A stretch of DNA of 64,000 nucleotides from Gemmatimonadota bacterium (GTDB taxonomy: Bacteria; Gemmatimonadota; Gemmatimonadetes; Palauibacterales; Palauibacteraceae): positions 42,246 through 106,245 of the forward strand of contig JBDHAC010000017.1 of assembly GCA_039588275.1 (NCBI GenBank). Reading direction: 5' to 3'. Shown piece after piece: positions 49,849 to 59,445 of this stretch. The first letter of the stretch is position 1. Each line of letters begins with the position of its first letter. The notes beneath the pieces are model-generated. The model was not told the DNA's origin. It searched no databases and saw nothing but the letters and a program-made list of their open reading frames with translations. A program made the translations under genes and the position numbers.

Positions 49849-52386
49849 ATGAGCGAAGGACGTAAGATCATCCGAGCGGCGCGGCGCGGAGTCGCGGTCG
49901 CCATCTGGCTACCGGTGGTCACCCTGGCCTCGGCCTGCGTCGCGCCACGGCAGGGGCCCGCCCTAACGGGTCCGCAGGCGGCGCGCCAGGGGGCTGCAGG
50001 ACCCGGCGCACGTGGCAACCAGGAGCAGGAGAAGAAGCCCTACAGCGAAATGGTGACCGAGGAGGCGGTCACGGACTCGGGCCTGTTCATCCTGCACCGG
50101 GTCGATGACAAGCTGCTGTTCGAGATCCCCCGACCGATCCTCGGGCGTGAGATCCTGCTCGTCTCCCGAGCTGCGCGCACCACGGCCGGCCTGGGATACG
50201 GCGGGATGAAGACCAACACGCAGACGCTCCGCTGGGAGGAAAACCACGACGACCAGATCCTGCTGCGGATCGCTTCGCACGTGAACGTGGCCAACGACTC
50301 GCTACCCATCTACGAGGCGGTGAGGAACTCCAACTTCGAGCCTATCGTTCGCTCCTTCGCCATCCGGGCGGAGAACGAGGACAGCACCAACGTGGTGATC
50401 GACGCCACCGACCTGTTCACGAAGGACGTCCCCATGATCGGACTGAGCAGTAGCAGTCGCGAGACGTTTCGCGTCCGCTCGCTCGACGAGAGCCGATCGT
50501 TCATCGAGTGGAGCAAGAGCTTCCCACGGAATGTCGAGGTCCGTCACGTTCTGACGTACAACGCGCAGCGCCCGCCTACGAATCCGACCACGGGTGCCAT
50601 GTCGATCGAGATGAACCAATCAATGATCCTGCTCCCCGATGAGCCCATGCAGCCGCGGATCTGGGACGAGCGCGTGGGATTCTTCCGGGTTCAGCAGGTG
50701 GACTACGGCCGCAGCGATCAGAAGGTCATAACTCGCAGGTACGTGACGCGCTGGCGCCTGGAGCCGAGCGACACGGCGGCGTTCCGGCGCGGCGAGCTGG
50801 TCGATCCCGTCAAGCCCATCGTGTACTACATCGACCCCGCCACCCCGGAGAAATGGCGCCCCTATCTGAAAGCCGGCATCGAAGACTGGCAGGCGGCGTT
50901 CGAGGCGGCCGGGTTCAGGGACGCGATCATCGCGCGCGACCCGCCCTCGCTCGAGGAAGATCCGGAGTTCAGCCCCGAGGACGTGCGATACTCGGTGATC
51001 CGGTGGTTCCCATCACAGGTCCAGAACGCCTTCGGGCCGCACGTGCACGACCCGCGCACCGGCGAGATCCTGGAGAGCGACATCGGGTGGTTCCACAACG
51101 TCGCGAACCTGTTGCGCAACTGGTACTTCATCCAGACCGCGGCCGCCAACCCCACGGCGCGGCGAGTGTTGTTCGACGACGAGGTGATGGGGAGGCTGAT
51201 CCGGTTCGTGTCGGCGCACGAGGTCGGACACACCCTGGGGCTGCCCCACAACATGAAGGCGAGTGCCGCCTTCCCCGTGGATTCGCTCCGCGCGCCCGGG
51301 TTCGTGTGCCGGGAAGGCGTCGCGCCGTCCATCATGGACTACGCGCGCTTCAATTACGTCGCGCAGCCCGAGGACGAGGGCGCCTGCTTCGACCCGAGAA
51401 TCGGGACGTACGACAAGTACGCCGTCATGTGGGGCTACCGGCCGATCCTCGACGCGGGGTCTGCGGATCAGGAGCGTGAGACGCTCGACGAATGGATCCG
51501 CGAGCACGAGGGAGATCCGGTCTACTACTTCGGCGACCCGAGCGGGATCGACCCTACTTCGCTGACCGAGGCGATCGGGTCGGATGCGATGGAGGCGTCG
51601 GCGCTCGGGATCGAGAACCTCAAGCGGATCCTCCCGAACCTGATCGAGTGGACACGAGACGAGCAGGAGTTGGAGGACTACGCGGAGATCCAGGAGCTGT
51701 ACAACGCCGTCATCGGTCAGTGGAATCGGTACATGGGGCATGTCGCGGCCAACATCGGCGGCGTGACCCGCACGCGAAGAGCGGTCGGACAGGACGGACC
51801 CGTGTACGAGTTCGTGGATGAGGCCACCCAGCGTCGCGCCATGCAGTTCTTCGCGGATCAAGCCTTCCAGCCACCGACCTGGATGATCGACGAAACGATC
51901 CTGTCGCGCATCGAGAACCCCTCCACGGTCGAGCGCATGCGTGGGCTCCAGGTCGGCGTCGTGAACCGCATCCTCGACCCCGGCCGTATGCAGCGGCTGA
52001 TCGAGGCGGGCGCTCGAAACGGCCCCGACTCGTACGAGCTGGTCGAGATGCTGGACGACCTGAGGGGAGCCATCTGGAGCGAGCTGCAAAGCGGAGAGTC
52101 GGTGGGCGTGTACCGCCGGAACCTCCAGCGCGGCTACCTGGAGCGCCTAGAGTTCCTCATGGATAACGACCTCCCGCCCGTCGTGTTCGCGTTCGGAGGT
52201 ATCGGCAACTTCCTCACGCGGGTGGATGTCTCGCAGTCGGATATCCGGGCGTTCGTGCGCGGCGAGCTCGAGACGCTCAAGCGAGAGATCCAGCGCGCGC
52301 TGAGCCGTGGGCCGGATCGAGTGACTCGCCTGCACCTGCAAGACGCCATCGTCCGCATCGACGATACCCTGGATCCGAGCGACTGA
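49849..52386 (+). CDS. Zinc-dependent metalloprotease (DUF5117/DUF5118/EcxA-like), lipoprotein
   Basis: Lipobox ASAC; PIVYYID, DPRTGEI, HEVGHTLGLPHN, SIMDY Met-turn; GAGGA SD before ATG 49849. Confidence 0.9.
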   Translation: MSEGRKIIRAARRGVAVAIWLPVVTLASACVAPRQGPALTGPQAARQGAAGPGARGNQEQEKKPYSEMVTEEAVTDSGLFILHRVDDKLLFEIPRPILGREILLVSRAARTTAGLGYGGMKTNTQTLRWEENHDDQILLRIASHVNVANDSLPIYEAVRNSNFEPIVRSFAIRAENEDSTNVVIDATDLFTKDVPMIGLSSSSRETFRVRSLDESRSFIEWSKSFPRNVEVRHVLTYNAQRPPTNPTTGAMSIEMNQSMILLPDEPMQPRIWDERVGFFRVQQVDYGRSDQKVITRRYVTRWRLEPSDTAAFRRGELVDPVKPIVYYIDPATPEKWRPYLKAGIEDWQAAFEAAGFRDAIIARDPPSLEEDPEFSPEDVRYSVIRWFPSQVQNAFGPHVHDPRTGEILESDIGWFHNVANLLRNWYFIQTAAANPTARRVLFDDEVMGRLIRFVSAHEVGHTLGLPHNMKASAAFPVDSLRAPGFVCREGVAPSIMDYARFNYVAQPEDEGACFDPRIGTYDKYAVMWGYRPILDAGSADQERETLDEWIREHEGDPVYYFGDPSGIDPTSLTEAIGSDAMEASALGIENLKRILPNLIEWTRDEQELEDYAEIQELYNAVIGQWNRYMGHVAANIGGVTRTRRAVGQDGPVYEFVDEATQRRAMQFFADQAFQPPTWMIDETILSRIENPSTVERMRGLQVGVVNRILDPGRMQRLIEAGARNGPDSYELVEMLDDLRGAIWSELQSGESVGVYRRNLQRGYLERLEFLMDNDLPPVVFAFGGIGNFLTRVDVSQSDIRAFVRGELETLKREIQRALSRGPDRVTRLHLQDAIVRIDDTLDPSD

Positions 52387-52466
52387 GCTGCTCGGGTCCA
52401 AACAGACAGCCTCGGCTGCACTGGCGCGCTCCGGCTGCGCTGGCGAGCGGTCCGGCTGCAGGACGA

Positions 52467-52495
52467 GAGAGGGCCGGGACCTTCCCGGCCCTTTC
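52467..52495 (+). terminator. Hairpin terminator
   Basis: GAGAGGGCCGGGA-CCT-TCCCGGCCCTTTC. Confidence 0.6.
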
Positions 52496-52636
52496 GACAT
52501 GTGACAAAGCGCGCGGAGGGCTTGTCCAAATGGGCGAGCTCGGGCCGGACGCGTCGAATCAAAGCGGCGCCGTGGCAGGGCCCGATCGGGGCGCGTACGT
52601 TGAGATTCCGCCCACAACAGAACCCGGAGGACTTGC

Positions 52637-53236
52637 ATGTCTTCGACACTTTCTTCGCTACTCGAGCAACTCACAGGCGACTCGCTCGGCCCGTTGTCCC
52701 GGCAGTTGGGTGCCGACCGCTCCTCTACCAAGGCCGCCCTCGGGGCCGCCCTGCCACTTCTCTTTCAAGGCCTGGCTCGCAACGCTACGCAACCCGAGGG
52801 GGCCGCGTCTCTACACCGCGCGCTGGAGCGCGATCACGACGGGAGCGTGCTGGACGACCTCGACGGTTTCCTGAGTCAGCCGGACACGGATGACGGGAAC
52901 GGAATCCTGGGGCACATCCTCGGTGACCGACGCTCGGCGGTCGAGGGCGGCGTCTCGAAGTCCAGCGGTCTCGACCTCTCCAAGGTCACGCAGCTCATGG
53001 CGATGGTCGCCCCGCTCGTGATGGGTGCGCTGGGTCGTCAACAGCGGCACGGACAACTGGACCAGGGCGGACTCACCGACTGGCTGGGATCCGAGCAACG
53101 GCAGGCGGCGGCAGCGGCACCCGAGCTGGGCGGGCTCGCCCGCTTGCTCGATGCCGACAACGACGGGAGCATCGCCGACGATATCGCGGGGCTCGGCAAG
53201 GGTCTGCTCGGCAGCCTGCTCGGCGGACGCCGGTAA
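52637..53236 (+). CDS. DUF937-family protein
   Basis: GA..L..AL..DHDGS.LD, GILGHILG, LD.D.DG...DD motifs; GGAGG SD. Confidence 0.85.
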   Translation: MSSTLSSLLEQLTGDSLGPLSRQLGADRSSTKAALGAALPLLFQGLARNATQPEGAASLHRALERDHDGSVLDDLDGFLSQPDTDDGNGILGHILGDRRSAVEGGVSKSSGLDLSKVTQLMAMVAPLVMGALGRQQRHGQLDQGGLTDWLGSEQRQAAAAAPELGGLARLLDADNDGSIADDIAGLGKGLLGSLLGGRR

Positions 53237-53326
53237 TCCACGAACGACCGCGAGAGGCGTCTACTGACCGCCAGGCCTGCGTGGCCGTCGGTTCGGGACA
53301 CAGACTAGAAACCAACGGAGGAATCA

Positions 53327-53800
53327 ATGGGTCTATTCGATTTCGTGCGCGACGCCGGCGAGAAGCTCGGCATCGTGAAGGACAAAGAGAAGGAAGCGGT
53401 CGAGGAGTACATCGAGGAGCAGCAGAAGGCGAACGCGCTGTGGCACATGGTGACGAATCTCGGGCTGGAGGTGGAGGATCTCCAGGTTCTGTACGATGAT
53501 GGCGTCGCGACTCTGCACGGGAAGGCACCGAGCCAGACCGAGAAGGAGAAGGTGATCCTCGCGATCGGGAACACCCAGGGCGTCGGTCAGGTCGACGACC
53601 GCATCCAGGTGGTGGAACCCGAGCCCGAGGCGGTCTTCTACACGGTCGAATCCGGAGACACGCTGTCGAAGATCTCGCTCCAACAGTACGGAGACGCGAT
53701 GAAGTATCCGCTGATCTTCGAGGCGAACAAGCCGATGTTGAAGGACCCGGACCTCATCTACCCGGGCCAGGTGCTGCGCATCCCCGCGCTCGAAGCCTAG
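53327..53800 (+). CDS. BON-LysM protein (Kbp/YgaU-like)
   Basis: MGLFDFVRDAGEKL, BON domain, LysM YTVESGDTLSKI...IYPGQVLRIP. Confidence 0.92.
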   Translation: MGLFDFVRDAGEKLGIVKDKEKEAVEEYIEEQQKANALWHMVTNLGLEVEDLQVLYDDGVATLHGKAPSQTEKEKVILAIGNTQGVGQVDDRIQVVEPEPEAVFYTVESGDTLSKISLQQYGDAMKYPLIFEANKPMLKDPDLIYPGQVLRIPALEA

Positions 53801-53850
53801 CGTCTATATTTTGGCCCGGGGGTGCCGCACGGTCTCGAGCCATGGAGAGC

Positions 53851-53890
53851 GATAACGAGAGGGCCGGCAGCCGCCGGCCCTCTCGTTATC
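53851..53890. terminator. Perfect 18-bp hairpin between convergent genes
   Basis: GATAACGAGAGGGCCGGC-AGCC-GCCGGCCCTCTCGTTATC. Confidence 0.8.
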
Positions 53891-53914
53891 AAGCCAGGTG
53901 AGTTTCCCCCTAGC

Positions 53915-54367
53915 CTACTTCGTGGTGACCTCAACCCGGTGAGGCTTCGCCTCGGCCGCCTTTGGCAGGCGGACCGTGAGCACACCGCTCTCCAGCTCGG
54001 CGACGACGCCCTCCGAGCTCACGGACTCGGGCAGCCTGAACCCGCGGCTGAAACGCTCGACGGAGCGCTCCCGCACATAGTACTTGGCGCCCTCGTCCTC
54101 CGATCGCTGCTCCTCGTGTGACCCCGATACGGTCAGCACGCCGCGCTCGACGGTCACCTCGACGTCCTCCTTCGTGAACCCCGGTACCTCGAGCTCGAGC
54201 ACGAATTGCTCATCCGTCTCGTAGAGATTCGCGGCCCCGGCCCCGCGCGTCGGGACACGCGGGGCAAGCGCGGGCCCGAAGAAGCCGTCGATCAATCGCT
54301 CGAAACCGAAGTCGGAATCGACTCGGTCCCGCAGGACGGGCGTTCGATATCTGATGGTTGGCAGCAT
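53915..54367 (-). CDS. Hsp20/alpha-crystallin small heat shock protein
   Basis: E.PG..KED, LTVSG, RER...FSRGFRLP, GVLTVRLPK, C-terminal V-E-V. Confidence 0.95.
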   Translation of the reverse strand: MLPTIRYRTPVLRDRVDSDFGFERLIDGFFGPALAPRVPTRGAGAANLYETDEQFVLELEVPGFTKEDVEVTVERGVLTVSGSHEEQRSEDEGAKYYVRERSVERFSRGFRLPESVSSEGVVAELESGVLTVRLPKAAEAKPHRVEVTTK

Positions 54368-54498
54368 GTGTGTCTCGCTCCTTGATCCTGTGTTCGTTTC
54401 TGGTCCGTTCCTGATTCGTTCCTGCGATCCCCCGTCACACCATCAGCCCGGTGGTGCGAGGTCACGCGTCAAGCGCTGATCGCCCGTGACCCTTTTGG

Positions 54499-54514
54499 GC
54501 AAGCAGTATGCCGG
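54499..54514 (-). promoter_or_regulatory. sigma54 (-24/-12) promoter upstream of hsp20
   Basis: Minus strand CCGGCATACTGCTTGC = GG-N10-GC with GGCA and TTGC cores. Confidence 0.65.
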
Positions 54515-54710
54515 TTTCGGAGCGTATCATCTTGCCATTATTGCAGTTAGGTCGTGGGGAGTCCGCTGGATCGGCAGACCCGTCTGCAACTTCGACGGCG
54601 CCAGACCGGCAGCCCGCCGGCCTGGCACTCGACGTCTGCTGAGACGGCATACGAGTGGCGGGACGGGTGCGCCGCGGGCCCACACATTGGAATCACGGGG
54701 ACCAGAGAGA

Positions 54711-54740
54711 AGGCCGGGGCGGTGACCACCGCCCCGGCCT
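54711..54740 (-). terminator. Terminator of the TonB-dependent receptor gene
   Basis: AGGCCGGGGCGGT-GACC-ACCGCCCCGGCCT, pyrimidine run on the minus strand. Confidence 0.65.
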
Positions 54741-54817
54741 CGGTTGCCGGGCGTCGCCCCCAAAAGCCGGGGGCCCGGCCCGGAGCCGGCGGACCGGCTC
54801 CGGGCACCCATCGCAGG

Positions 54818-57800
54818 TTAGAAGTGGAAGCGCACGCCGAGTTGAGCTCGTCGCGTGTCACCCAGACCGCTGCGGATCGTCCCGGAAAAGTCGAACAGGA
54901 GCGAGCCCGTCGCCGTGTCCAGGAAGTTGTCGGCGTTCGTCAGGTTGAAGACCTCCAGGATCGGCTCGATCGTCTGGCCCGACCCGAACTCGAACTCTCG
55001 CGAGATCCGGAGATCCCACGTGAACAGCCCGTTGTCCTTACGCAGCGTATTCCGCAACAGGATCGAGCCGTCCGCGCAGATGCGATCGGCAGGTGCAGCG
55101 GCCCTTCCTCCCGTGGTGCAGTTTTCGGACACCGGCTGTGCCGATGCGAACCGGAGGATGTTATTGAACTTCACGTCGCCGGGAAGATCGAACAGGAAAT
55201 ACCCGTTGAGCTGGTGCCGACGGTCACGGTCCGACCAGTGGTACTCCCGGTCGAGCGCATCCGCGCGCGCGTACTTGTAGACGAACGGGTCGCGCTCGTT
55301 GTCGTCGTCCGATTTGTCCCACGAGAGCGTGTAGTTCGCCTCGTACGTGAGCACCCCGTTGAAAGCGCCTCGTCCCTTGGCCCCCAGCGTAATGCCGTTG
55401 TAGCGCGAGAACGCGGTGCTCTCTGTCGTGATCAGATTGCCGATTCCGTTGAAGCCGTCGATTGCCGGGACGCCGAATGGGTCGCCGAACACCGGGTCCG
55501 TGCGGTTGATGAACCGGAACAGGTTGTCCGTTCTCGCATGCTGGTATGTGATGCTCGCGGCCAGCTCGTTCGAGAACAGGTGCTCGAACCCGCCGCTGAA
55601 CGACCAGGTGCGCGGTAGCTGCAGATCCGTCGATGCCACCTGGATGTCGGGCAGGAACGGCGAGGCCCCGGCCGGATCGATCAGCTGACCGTACTCGGGC
55701 GGCGTCGGGAGGAATCCCTTTCCGCCGGTGAAGCTGTTCCGGAAGATGATCTGCTGGAATGCGGCATTCGTGGTCCGGTGCTGCGCGAACACCAGCATCG
55801 GGATGCGGGCGTAGTACGAGCCCGCGTTCAGCCGAACGACGTCCCGACCGTCGTTGTTCACGTCCCACGCGAGCCCGAAGCGCGGCTGGAAATTGTTCAG
55901 GTCGTCCGGAATGGTCCCGTCCGAGGGGAACCCGGGCTGGCCGATCAAAGACGCATAGAACGTCTCGGACGGCTGGATGAACTGGTCGGGGTGCCAGGTC
56001 CCCTCCCAGCGGACGCCCAGGTTCAGCGTCACGTTCTCGACCGGCTTCCAGGTGTCCTGGATGAAGAACCCCAACTCGTTCACTGTGGCGTCCTGGCGCC
56101 CGAGCTCACTCGGACTGAACGGCGGGACGGTCGCCGACTGCAGGTAGAGCTGGAGGGGGCCCCAGTCGAACTCGTTGTCCCCGCAATCGATGCCGATCCC
56201 CGACATCCCGACGTTCGGCCCCCCGATGCACTCGATCCAATCGGGTCCCTGCGTCACGTAATTGATGAAGCCGTCGACGCTGGAGAAGATGTAACGGGCG
56301 GCCGCGAAGCCGATGAACTGCTGCTCGAACTGCGTCCGGTTCCACTCGGCACCCACCTTGAACAGATGGTCGCCCACCAGGAACGAGACGTTGTCCAGGA
56401 CCTGGAATCGCTTGTCGACACCGGGGTCGATCGGCAGGAAAAACGGGAGCCCGATCCGGAACCCATCCACGAAGTCCATGCCCGTGTCCGGGAACGGTTG
56501 CCCTCCGATATCCGCGAAGGCCGGCTGAGCCGGGAGCGGCGCTCCTGGTACCAGCGGTCCCTCGTAGCCTCGTGGGCGGTCCTCGCGCGCCCACTGGAAG
56601 CGGAACTCGTTCGACACGGTGCTCGAGAGCTGCGAGGAGAGCATGCCGTTCACGGCGTGCGAGAAGTCCTTCTCGATCCCGTTCGAGCTCGCTCCCCAGG
56701 CATCCACGTCGAACGTCCCGTTCCGTTGCTCCGACCACGTGTAATTGTACTTGAGCGACAACTTGTGCTTGTCGGAGAGGTTGAAGTCCAGCTTCGCGAT
56801 CAGCGCCTTGTTGTCGTCGGTACGCTCGATCGGCCCGAACTCGTTGTCGAACTGACCGGGCCACTGCGTCTGCAGGAAGTTCTCGAGCTTTTGCAGCTCG
56901 GCGAAGTTGGCTATGGTCGCCGCCCGGTCGAACTGCTTGGTCTCGCTCGCCTCCTGTTGGTCGTACGCGAGGAAGAAGAACGCCTTGTCGCGCACGATCG
57001 GCCCACCCAGCGTGAGCCCGAACTGGCTCCGGGTGAAATCGGGCTTTCCGCCGCCCCGGTCACTCGGGAACTCGGCCGAGATCCCGTCGAATTGCCCGAA
57101 GTAGTGGGCGGAGCCCTCGAATTCGTTCGTGCCCGACTTGGTGAGCACGTTCACGAACCCACCGGAGGAGCGGCCGTACTCAGCCGTGGCTCCCTGGGCC
57201 ACGACCACCATCTCCTCGATCGCGTCTTGATTGAACGTGAAGGCGGGCCGCTGACCTCCACGCTGCTCACCGAAGAACGGGTTGTTGAAGTCGGCGCCGT
57301 CCACGATGACGTTGTTGAAGATCCCCCGCTGACCCGAGATGGAGAGCTCATCGCCATCCGGCCCCTGGACGATCGTCACGCCCGGCGTGAGCTGCGTGTA
57401 CTCGAGGAAGTTCCGACCGTTGTTCGGCAGACCGTCCACCACCTCTTCGGCCAACCGCTGAGAAGACGTCACGTCGGTCGGGTCGACCAGCACGGCCTCC
57501 CCAGTCACCGTGATTTCGGTCAAAGCGACCGGCTGAAACGCCAGAACCAGATTCACCGCCTCGCCGAGACGGACGATCACGTCCTGGTTCTGGATGTCGC
57601 CGAATTGCCCGATGGCACGAACGGTGACGTCGTAGCTGCCCACGGGCAGGAGCGTGGCCACGAAAACACCCGAGTTGTTCGTGGCGAGCTGGCGGACGAG
57701 GCCCGTCTGGTCGTGACGGATCATGACCTGGGCGGCCGCGACCGGGCTTCCGGTCGGGTCGACGACGCGGCCCCGGATCACGCCGGTGGTCGCCTGCTCC

Positions 57801-57907
57801 TGCGCGGTCAGTTCCGCAGTTCCGGCGAGGCCAAGTGCGATCAGGGCGATGAAAGCCGAGAGAGGGGACGAGGTTTTCAAGCGGCGTGCGCGGAATCCGA
57901 AGCCCAT
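54818..57907 (-). CDS. TonB-dependent receptor (Oar-like, N-terminal carboxypeptidase-regulatory-like domain)
   Basis: Signal peptide, G.I.G.V.D..G, LP.NGRNF, AEYGRSSGG.VNV.TKSGTN, PRFGLAWD, C-terminal QLGVRFHF. Confidence 0.93.
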   Translation of the reverse strand: MGFGFRARRLKTSSPLSAFIALIALGLAGTAELTAQEQATTGVIRGRVVDPTGSPVAAAQVMIRHDQTGLVRQLATNNSGVFVATLLPVGSYDVTVRAIGQFGDIQNQDVIVRLGEAVNLVLAFQPVALTEITVTGEAVLVDPTDVTSSQRLAEEVVDGLPNNGRNFLEYTQLTPGVTIVQGPDGDELSISGQRGIFNNVIVDGADFNNPFFGEQRGGQRPAFTFNQDAIEEMVVVAQGATAEYGRSSGGFVNVLTKSGTNEFEGSAHYFGQFDGISAEFPSDRGGGKPDFTRSQFGLTLGGPIVRDKAFFFLAYDQQEASETKQFDRAATIANFAELQKLENFLQTQWPGQFDNEFGPIERTDDNKALIAKLDFNLSDKHKLSLKYNYTWSEQRNGTFDVDAWGASSNGIEKDFSHAVNGMLSSQLSSTVSNEFRFQWAREDRPRGYEGPLVPGAPLPAQPAFADIGGQPFPDTGMDFVDGFRIGLPFFLPIDPGVDKRFQVLDNVSFLVGDHLFKVGAEWNRTQFEQQFIGFAAARYIFSSVDGFINYVTQGPDWIECIGGPNVGMSGIGIDCGDNEFDWGPLQLYLQSATVPPFSPSELGRQDATVNELGFFIQDTWKPVENVTLNLGVRWEGTWHPDQFIQPSETFYASLIGQPGFPSDGTIPDDLNNFQPRFGLAWDVNNDGRDVVRLNAGSYYARIPMLVFAQHRTTNAAFQQIIFRNSFTGGKGFLPTPPEYGQLIDPAGASPFLPDIQVASTDLQLPRTWSFSGGFEHLFSNELAASITYQHARTDNLFRFINRTDPVFGDPFGVPAIDGFNGIGNLITTESTAFSRYNGITLGAKGRGAFNGVLTYEANYTLSWDKSDDDNERDPFVYKYARADALDREYHWSDRDRRHQLNGYFLFDLPGDVKFNNILRFASAQPVSENCTTGGRAAAPADRICADGSILLRNTLRKDNGLFTWDLRISREFEFGSGQTIEPILEVFNLTNADNFLDTATGSLLFDFSGTIRSGLGDTRRAQLGVRFHF

Positions 57908-58076
57908 TTCCGACTCCTTCCTGCGGACTGTTCCAGTGGATCCTGCAGTGTGTGCGACGTGCGAGTCGAAGCCGGGTGGCTCGACCCGTCGCTGTTCGAC
58001 GCAGACTGCCGAGCCAGAGTAGGGGGCTCGGCAGTCTGCGGCAACGGGTGCGGTGCTTCCTTACACCGCCCTCTCG

Positions 58077-58817
58077 TTATTCGGCCTCGGCCCTCTTCGC
58101 GAGCGACTCGATCAGCGTCAGGACGTCGGTGGGAGTCTCGGCCAGACAATCCGGCGGGACCGGCCAGGGGCCGTCGGGGACGGCGGTGCCGTAGGCCGCC
58201 CCGATCGTATGCACGCGCGCCGTAGCACCGCGCTCTGAGAGAGCGGCGTTCGCGTTGGCGCCGCACTCGGCGTCGACGGGATGATCCCCCACGTAGATGA
58301 CGGTCGACGCCTCCAACGCATCGAACTCTTCAATGCAGTGGAGCAGCCCGTCGGGCGCGGGCTTCTGGCGGTGATACAGAACCTCCTCACACCCGATCAC
58401 GAGCGCGAACGCCTCCGTCAAATCGGCTGCTCGAAGGCCGTCGTGGATGTTGTCTCGCGTGTTCATCGAGACGATAGCCTGTGGAAGGTGGGCGAGAGCG
58501 CGGACGACGTCGACGATTCCCGGGAACCAGTGCGTGGGCGTCGGATCCGTGAGCTGGTACTCGGTCCATAGCCCTCCCGCTTGCTCGACCTGCTCGGGCT
58601 CGAGGCCGAACTCCACCCTGTACAGCGTCTGCCAGTTCTGCGTGTGATGGATGACCGCGTCGTAGGCGGCCAGCGAACCGAGGGGGGCGAACTCATCAGC
58701 CGACCGCCGGGTCACGTTCTCGATGATTCGGCGCGTCACGCTCAGGTTCCTCGCGCGCGTGTCGACGAGCGTGTTGTCGAAGTCCCAAACGACGGCGCGA
58801 ATCGGTCCGGACGTCAT
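58077..58817 (-). CDS. HAD-superfamily hydrolase (phosphoglycolate phosphatase-like)
   Basis: DFDNTLVDT, KPAPDG, YVGDHPVD. Confidence 0.9.
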   Translation of the reverse strand: MTSGPIRAVVWDFDNTLVDTRARNLSVTRRIIENVTRRSADEFAPLGSLAAYDAVIHHTQNWQTLYRVEFGLEPEQVEQAGGLWTEYQLTDPTPTHWFPGIVDVVRALAHLPQAIVSMNTRDNIHDGLRAADLTEAFALVIGCEEVLYHRQKPAPDGLLHCIEEFDALEASTVIYVGDHPVDAECGANANAALSERGATARVHTIGAAYGTAVPDGPWPVPPDCLAETPTDVLTLIESLAKRAEAE

Positions 58818-58820
58818 GCG

Positions 58821-59351
58821 CTACCGGGGCTCCTCTTCCGCTTCGTACCAGCGCTTGTCCGGACTCGTGGGCTCCGCCTGGTCCGGCCCGAGGTTCGCGT
58901 CCGTGATCGCGGCTTCGATGAAGTTCTCGGGCGGGATCGGATTCCCGGCGAGCCGTCGCAGCATGGCGAGTTGCCCGGCGTGCGTCATCGCGTCGGCGAA
59001 CGGGCCCTGCAGGAGCCGCGCGGGCGTCGTGCCGTGGAAAGGCGTTCCCTGTGTAAGGTGCTGGCCGAGGTCTTCGAGCATGTGATGGAACCGCTCGATC
59101 TCCTCCGCCAGGGTTGGCTTCGCAGCGGGCCGGTAGTCCCCGCCGATGAAGTGAGTGCGCGCGTATCCCAGCACGCTCGTCATGTGGAACAGCACTTCGT
59201 GCGGCGTTCGCACCCCCGGGGCCGCCCGGAATGTCGCGTACGATGGGGGGGCGTCACGCAGCGCCTTCTGCGTGCGATACGCAATCGCCGCCAGGAAGTG
59301 TTTGAGCAATTGCCGTTTGTCGTCCACGATCAGCGCTCCTGCGACAGCCAT
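58821..59351 (-). CDS. DinB/YfiT-superfamily protein
   Basis: TP.EVLFHM and DAMTHAGQLAMLRRLAG.P motifs. Confidence 0.8.
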   Translation of the reverse strand: MAVAGALIVDDKRQLLKHFLAAIAYRTQKALRDAPPSYATFRAAPGVRTPHEVLFHMTSVLGYARTHFIGGDYRPAAKPTLAEEIERFHHMLEDLGQHLTQGTPFHGTTPARLLQGPFADAMTHAGQLAMLRRLAGNPIPPENFIEAAITDANLGPDQAEPTSPDKRWYEAEEEPR

Positions 59352-59445
59352 CCCTCGGGCCGGGGCGAGGGTCGGGAGCGATCATAGCACGGGGATGGTC
59401 GGGGCGGCCAACCGGGGGTCAGGTGGCTCTGTGTTGGTGGTCCGT

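Noticed and set aside
52412..52460. Three imperfect CGGCTGC(A/G)CTGGCG repeats as a mini-CRISPR
   Set aside because: Units are short, lack unique spacers, and there are no cas genes; no CRISPR array seen anywhere in the window.
55778..58225. 815-aa plus-strand ORF
   Set aside because: Antisense shadow of the TonB-dependent receptor.
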